52,623 bases of DNA. Origin: Catajapyx aquilonaris. Its lineage: Eukaryota. The position numbers were made by a program, and so were the translations under genes. Location: the NCBI GenBank assembly GCA_000934665.2, contig KZ538706.1, positions 1 through 52,623 of the forward strand, in the 5' to 3' direction. Of this stretch, positions 49,818-52,623 are shown one piece after another; position 1 is the stretch's first letter, and each line of letters opens with the position of its first letter. The notes beneath the pieces are model-generated. The model made no database searches. It was not told where the DNA came from and was given only the letters and a program-made list of their open reading frames with translations.

Positions 49818-51496
49818 TAACACACCCTGTGATGTTTCTCAACTCCACTTTGGACAAATGCCACACCACCTTGCGAGCTGTAGGGATTCAAGGTGATCAT
49901 ATAGTCCCCCAGCGGAATATTTCGATACTGCTGATAGTTTCCAATCTGAAAATTACAAATAAATAAGGCACAATCTTTAGGCATGTAAAATATGCATAAT
50001 AACGAAATAATTACAGATACTGTATTAGCTTTACACTGTAAGCTTATGTCTGTCGGTGATGCCGACAAACTTTTCAGGAATAGCCCGCCTAATGCAATAA
50101 TTGTTTTCAATTTATAGTAAATTGAACTCATCATTGGGGGCTAATGATTTATATCACTAATATAATTTATAGCAAAGATATTCTCCACGTAAATGCATTT
50201 CAGTCATTGCTCGGATTACTAACGAGGGATAACATGTTCATATTTTACTCAACTGTAATTGCACACAAAATTCAAGCTTTTGAACATCATAATAATTATT
50301 TGACTACTCTGTCACACTTTGTATTACGTATAATACATCATACATTGAGCATGACACTACATGACTATGCTAGCACAGTTTTTAAAAATCCCACCTGTAA
50401 CTCCCTCTAAATAATTGTAAGCACTATATCAAACCGTTACACACTAATAAGGCACTGTATTGCTATACTGTACGCATACTATGAACATATTATGTTCTAT
50501 CAGGCTTAGGCTCTGGCTTAGGTTTTAAATTGCAAATTAGTCAAACCAAATTTGTGGCATATACTGTAACTACACATTGCATGGTTCATTACTCAAATAG
50601 GTGCAGAAGTTTCAAACACTATTATTTTGTAGATTAAAATGAGTCGACAGTGACTTATAATATTAAGTTACGCTCGTAGTATATTTATTTGATATTAGAC
50701 TACTATTGTGTATAGTGGGGTTTGGTGATATAGTATGCTTATGTATAGGTTTTTTATTTAATTGTTTGAATTTATACTTTACATAATAATTCAACCCAAA
50801 TAATAATCGTGGAAACATTTCCTGGAAAATACTGCGTTACAGATTTCTCGACTGTGAGGTCATGGGTAAATAACTTATATGCAGGTGAGTTTTACAGATG
50901 CACGCTGCCTCGGTAATTCGGTAACTTAAGATATTATTTTCCCACGATTCAGTTGGTACTTCATTTTCTCTCTTATAGGCGGCCAACAAAAATTGGGATA
51001 TTGTTTTTTTTTCTGAAGTTAAGATTCTTTTGTGCAGTAACTCAAGTCATGTCATATAGTGGCGCCCAAGCTTATAATGCAGCACTGACCCACTACCGGC
51101 TGTGGGTCAGAGCTTCCTCGGATTCATAATCGAGTAGACTCGATAATAAAATAATACATCGATAGAAACAGTAACCTCAGTCAAATTCTCTAATAAAATA
51201 ATGATGGAAATAAGGTTATACGCTGGGAAACTTAGCAGAAGATAAGGGTCGGAATTCCCCATTCGCCACCCTGACATGGCCGGATGCTTTCCTGCTCTAC
51301 ATATACTGTATATTGGGAGTATATATACCGGCATCTGTGCCCTACACTAGTACTCTGTAGGTCAGAAACTAGTACTTTTTGTAATTACAGTACTCTCGTA
51401 ATAATGCTCTCTTGAAAAATTGCCATGTAATGAGGTATATCCATGTTACAAGTCTGTGATGATTCTGTACTTCTCGCTTCAAGAGTAAACAATTTT

Positions 51497-51840
51497 GGGG
51501 GAGGTGTGGTGGCCGTGATGGTAACGTCTCGGCTTGCTGTGTGAAAGGCCCCAGGTTCGATCCCCGCCTGGGGAACTTTCCTTTCACCTGCGTCAGGAGG
51601 GTCTCTGACCTGCACCAAGGAGGTGTCTGGCAACCTAACCTCCTGGGGAACAGCACATGACCCGTTTTCAGACGTGCACTTGCACCCATGTTCCCTCCCC
51701 GAAAATCCCTATCCTTACCTCTTGTCCTTTCATCCTTGCACCGGTGTTAGAAGAAAATAATAAGAAAATTGAAGGAAAATGGTGGTAATCCACCCCCATA
51801 TAAGGGCCCATGGCCCTAGCACGGGGTAACGTAAAAAAAA
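51497..51840 (+). mobile_element. tRNA-derived SINE, family 1, copy D (full length)
   Basis: A and B boxes, poly(A) tail, perfect 17-bp TSD CAAGAGTAAACAATTTT at 51480-51496 and 51841-51857. Confidence 0.95.
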
Positions 51841-51918
51841 CAAGAGTAAACAATTTTACATCTACCGATATAACACACTAAATTAGTAGTCCGGGCCCTA
51901 AGCGCAAAAATCAGGCCT

Positions 51919-52396
51919 AACCTTGCATTTTGGGATAAGAAGGTGGCACTTGGCACATATGTTCCTTAGGCCTATAGGAGCAATTCCAGAGTTGCAGGCA
52001 ACTGATCGGCCCCTTAGGTCACGAGTTATGCGGTGTTGCCAACATGACCGGGGATGACCTGAGCGTTTTCAACGTTGCATTTTGTGATAAGAAGGTGCCG
52101 CTTGGCACATATGTTCCCTAGGCCTGTAGGAGTCGTTTGAGACATGGCGGCACTTGATCGGGTCCTTAGGTCAGGAGATATGCGGTGTTGCCAACCTGGT
52201 CCTGGACCTAAGCGTTTTGTACCATTTTTAACTTTGCATTTTGGGATAAGAAGGTGCCACTTGGCACATATGTTCCTTAGGCCTATAGGAGCAATTTCAG
52301 AGTTGCAGGCAACTGAACGGCCCATTAGGTCACGAGTTATGCGGTGTTGCCAACCTGATCAGGGAACTAAGCGTTTTAACTCGGCACTTTGTGATG
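51919..52396. repeat. Tandem array of about 150-bp units (A-B-A)
   Basis: Units start at 51919, 52071, 52230 and 52378 (partial). Units 1 and 3 are nearly identical; unit 2 diverges in its middle. Confidence 0.9.
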
Positions 52397-52623
52397 ACAA
52401 CACCGCGAGGTGAGACGTCGTCTCCGTGGAGATATGGTGTTTACATGGACGCCGAAGCCAGTCGTTCCATTTGGGGCCGAACGTTCGAACTGGAAGGACG
52501 CAAGTAGGGGTGCTCGCTGGCAAGATGACAACCTGGTGCCAAATAACACCGTCGCTGAGGGGATGATGTCAACAACACCGCGAGGTGAGACGTCGTCTCC
52601 GTGGAGATATGGGGTTTACATGG
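52397..52623. repeat. Second tandem repeat, 175-bp period, truncated by the window end
   Basis: ACAACACCGCGAGGTGAGACGTCGTCTCCGTGGAGATATGG(T/G)GTTTACATGG at 52397 and 52572. Confidence 0.85.

Noticed and set aside
50842..50890. Possible micro-exon ending CAG|GTGAGT
   Set aside because: A strong donor match alone is insufficient; no partner exons or homology identified.
40779..51689. Similar peptides in several ORFs (e.g. RRLGCQTPPWCRS) suggesting a gene family
   Set aside because: They are antisense translations of SINE family 1 copies, not genes.

Overview
This is animal genomic DNA, probably arthropod or insect judging by its SINE style. It is AT-rich, has a few N gaps, and I recognise no intact protein-coding gene, rRNA, genuine tRNA or CRISPR array. 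It is a transposon-scarred non-coding region containing: (i) a three-level nest of non-autonomous DNA transposons at 383-2298; (ii) small TIR elements resembling Tc1/mariner, pogo, PIF/Harbinger, P and Sola families; (iii) six tRNA-derived SINE copies from two families, including a SINE inside a SINE and a chimera, which share a structured 3' tail; (iv) a MATH(-BTB) pseudogene and a Myb/SANT-like relic; (v) a perfect minisatellite and a terminal tandem array. The most distinctive signal is a dense record of DNA-break repair. TA-flanked micro-insertions (TACAGTA/TACTGTA, TAGGCCTA and similar) can be shown internally to be insertions, and chained fold-back palindromes are joined through microhomologies. 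Both lesion types inactivate the MATH gene. All alignments, counts and family assignments were made by eye or from memory and need computational confirmation.
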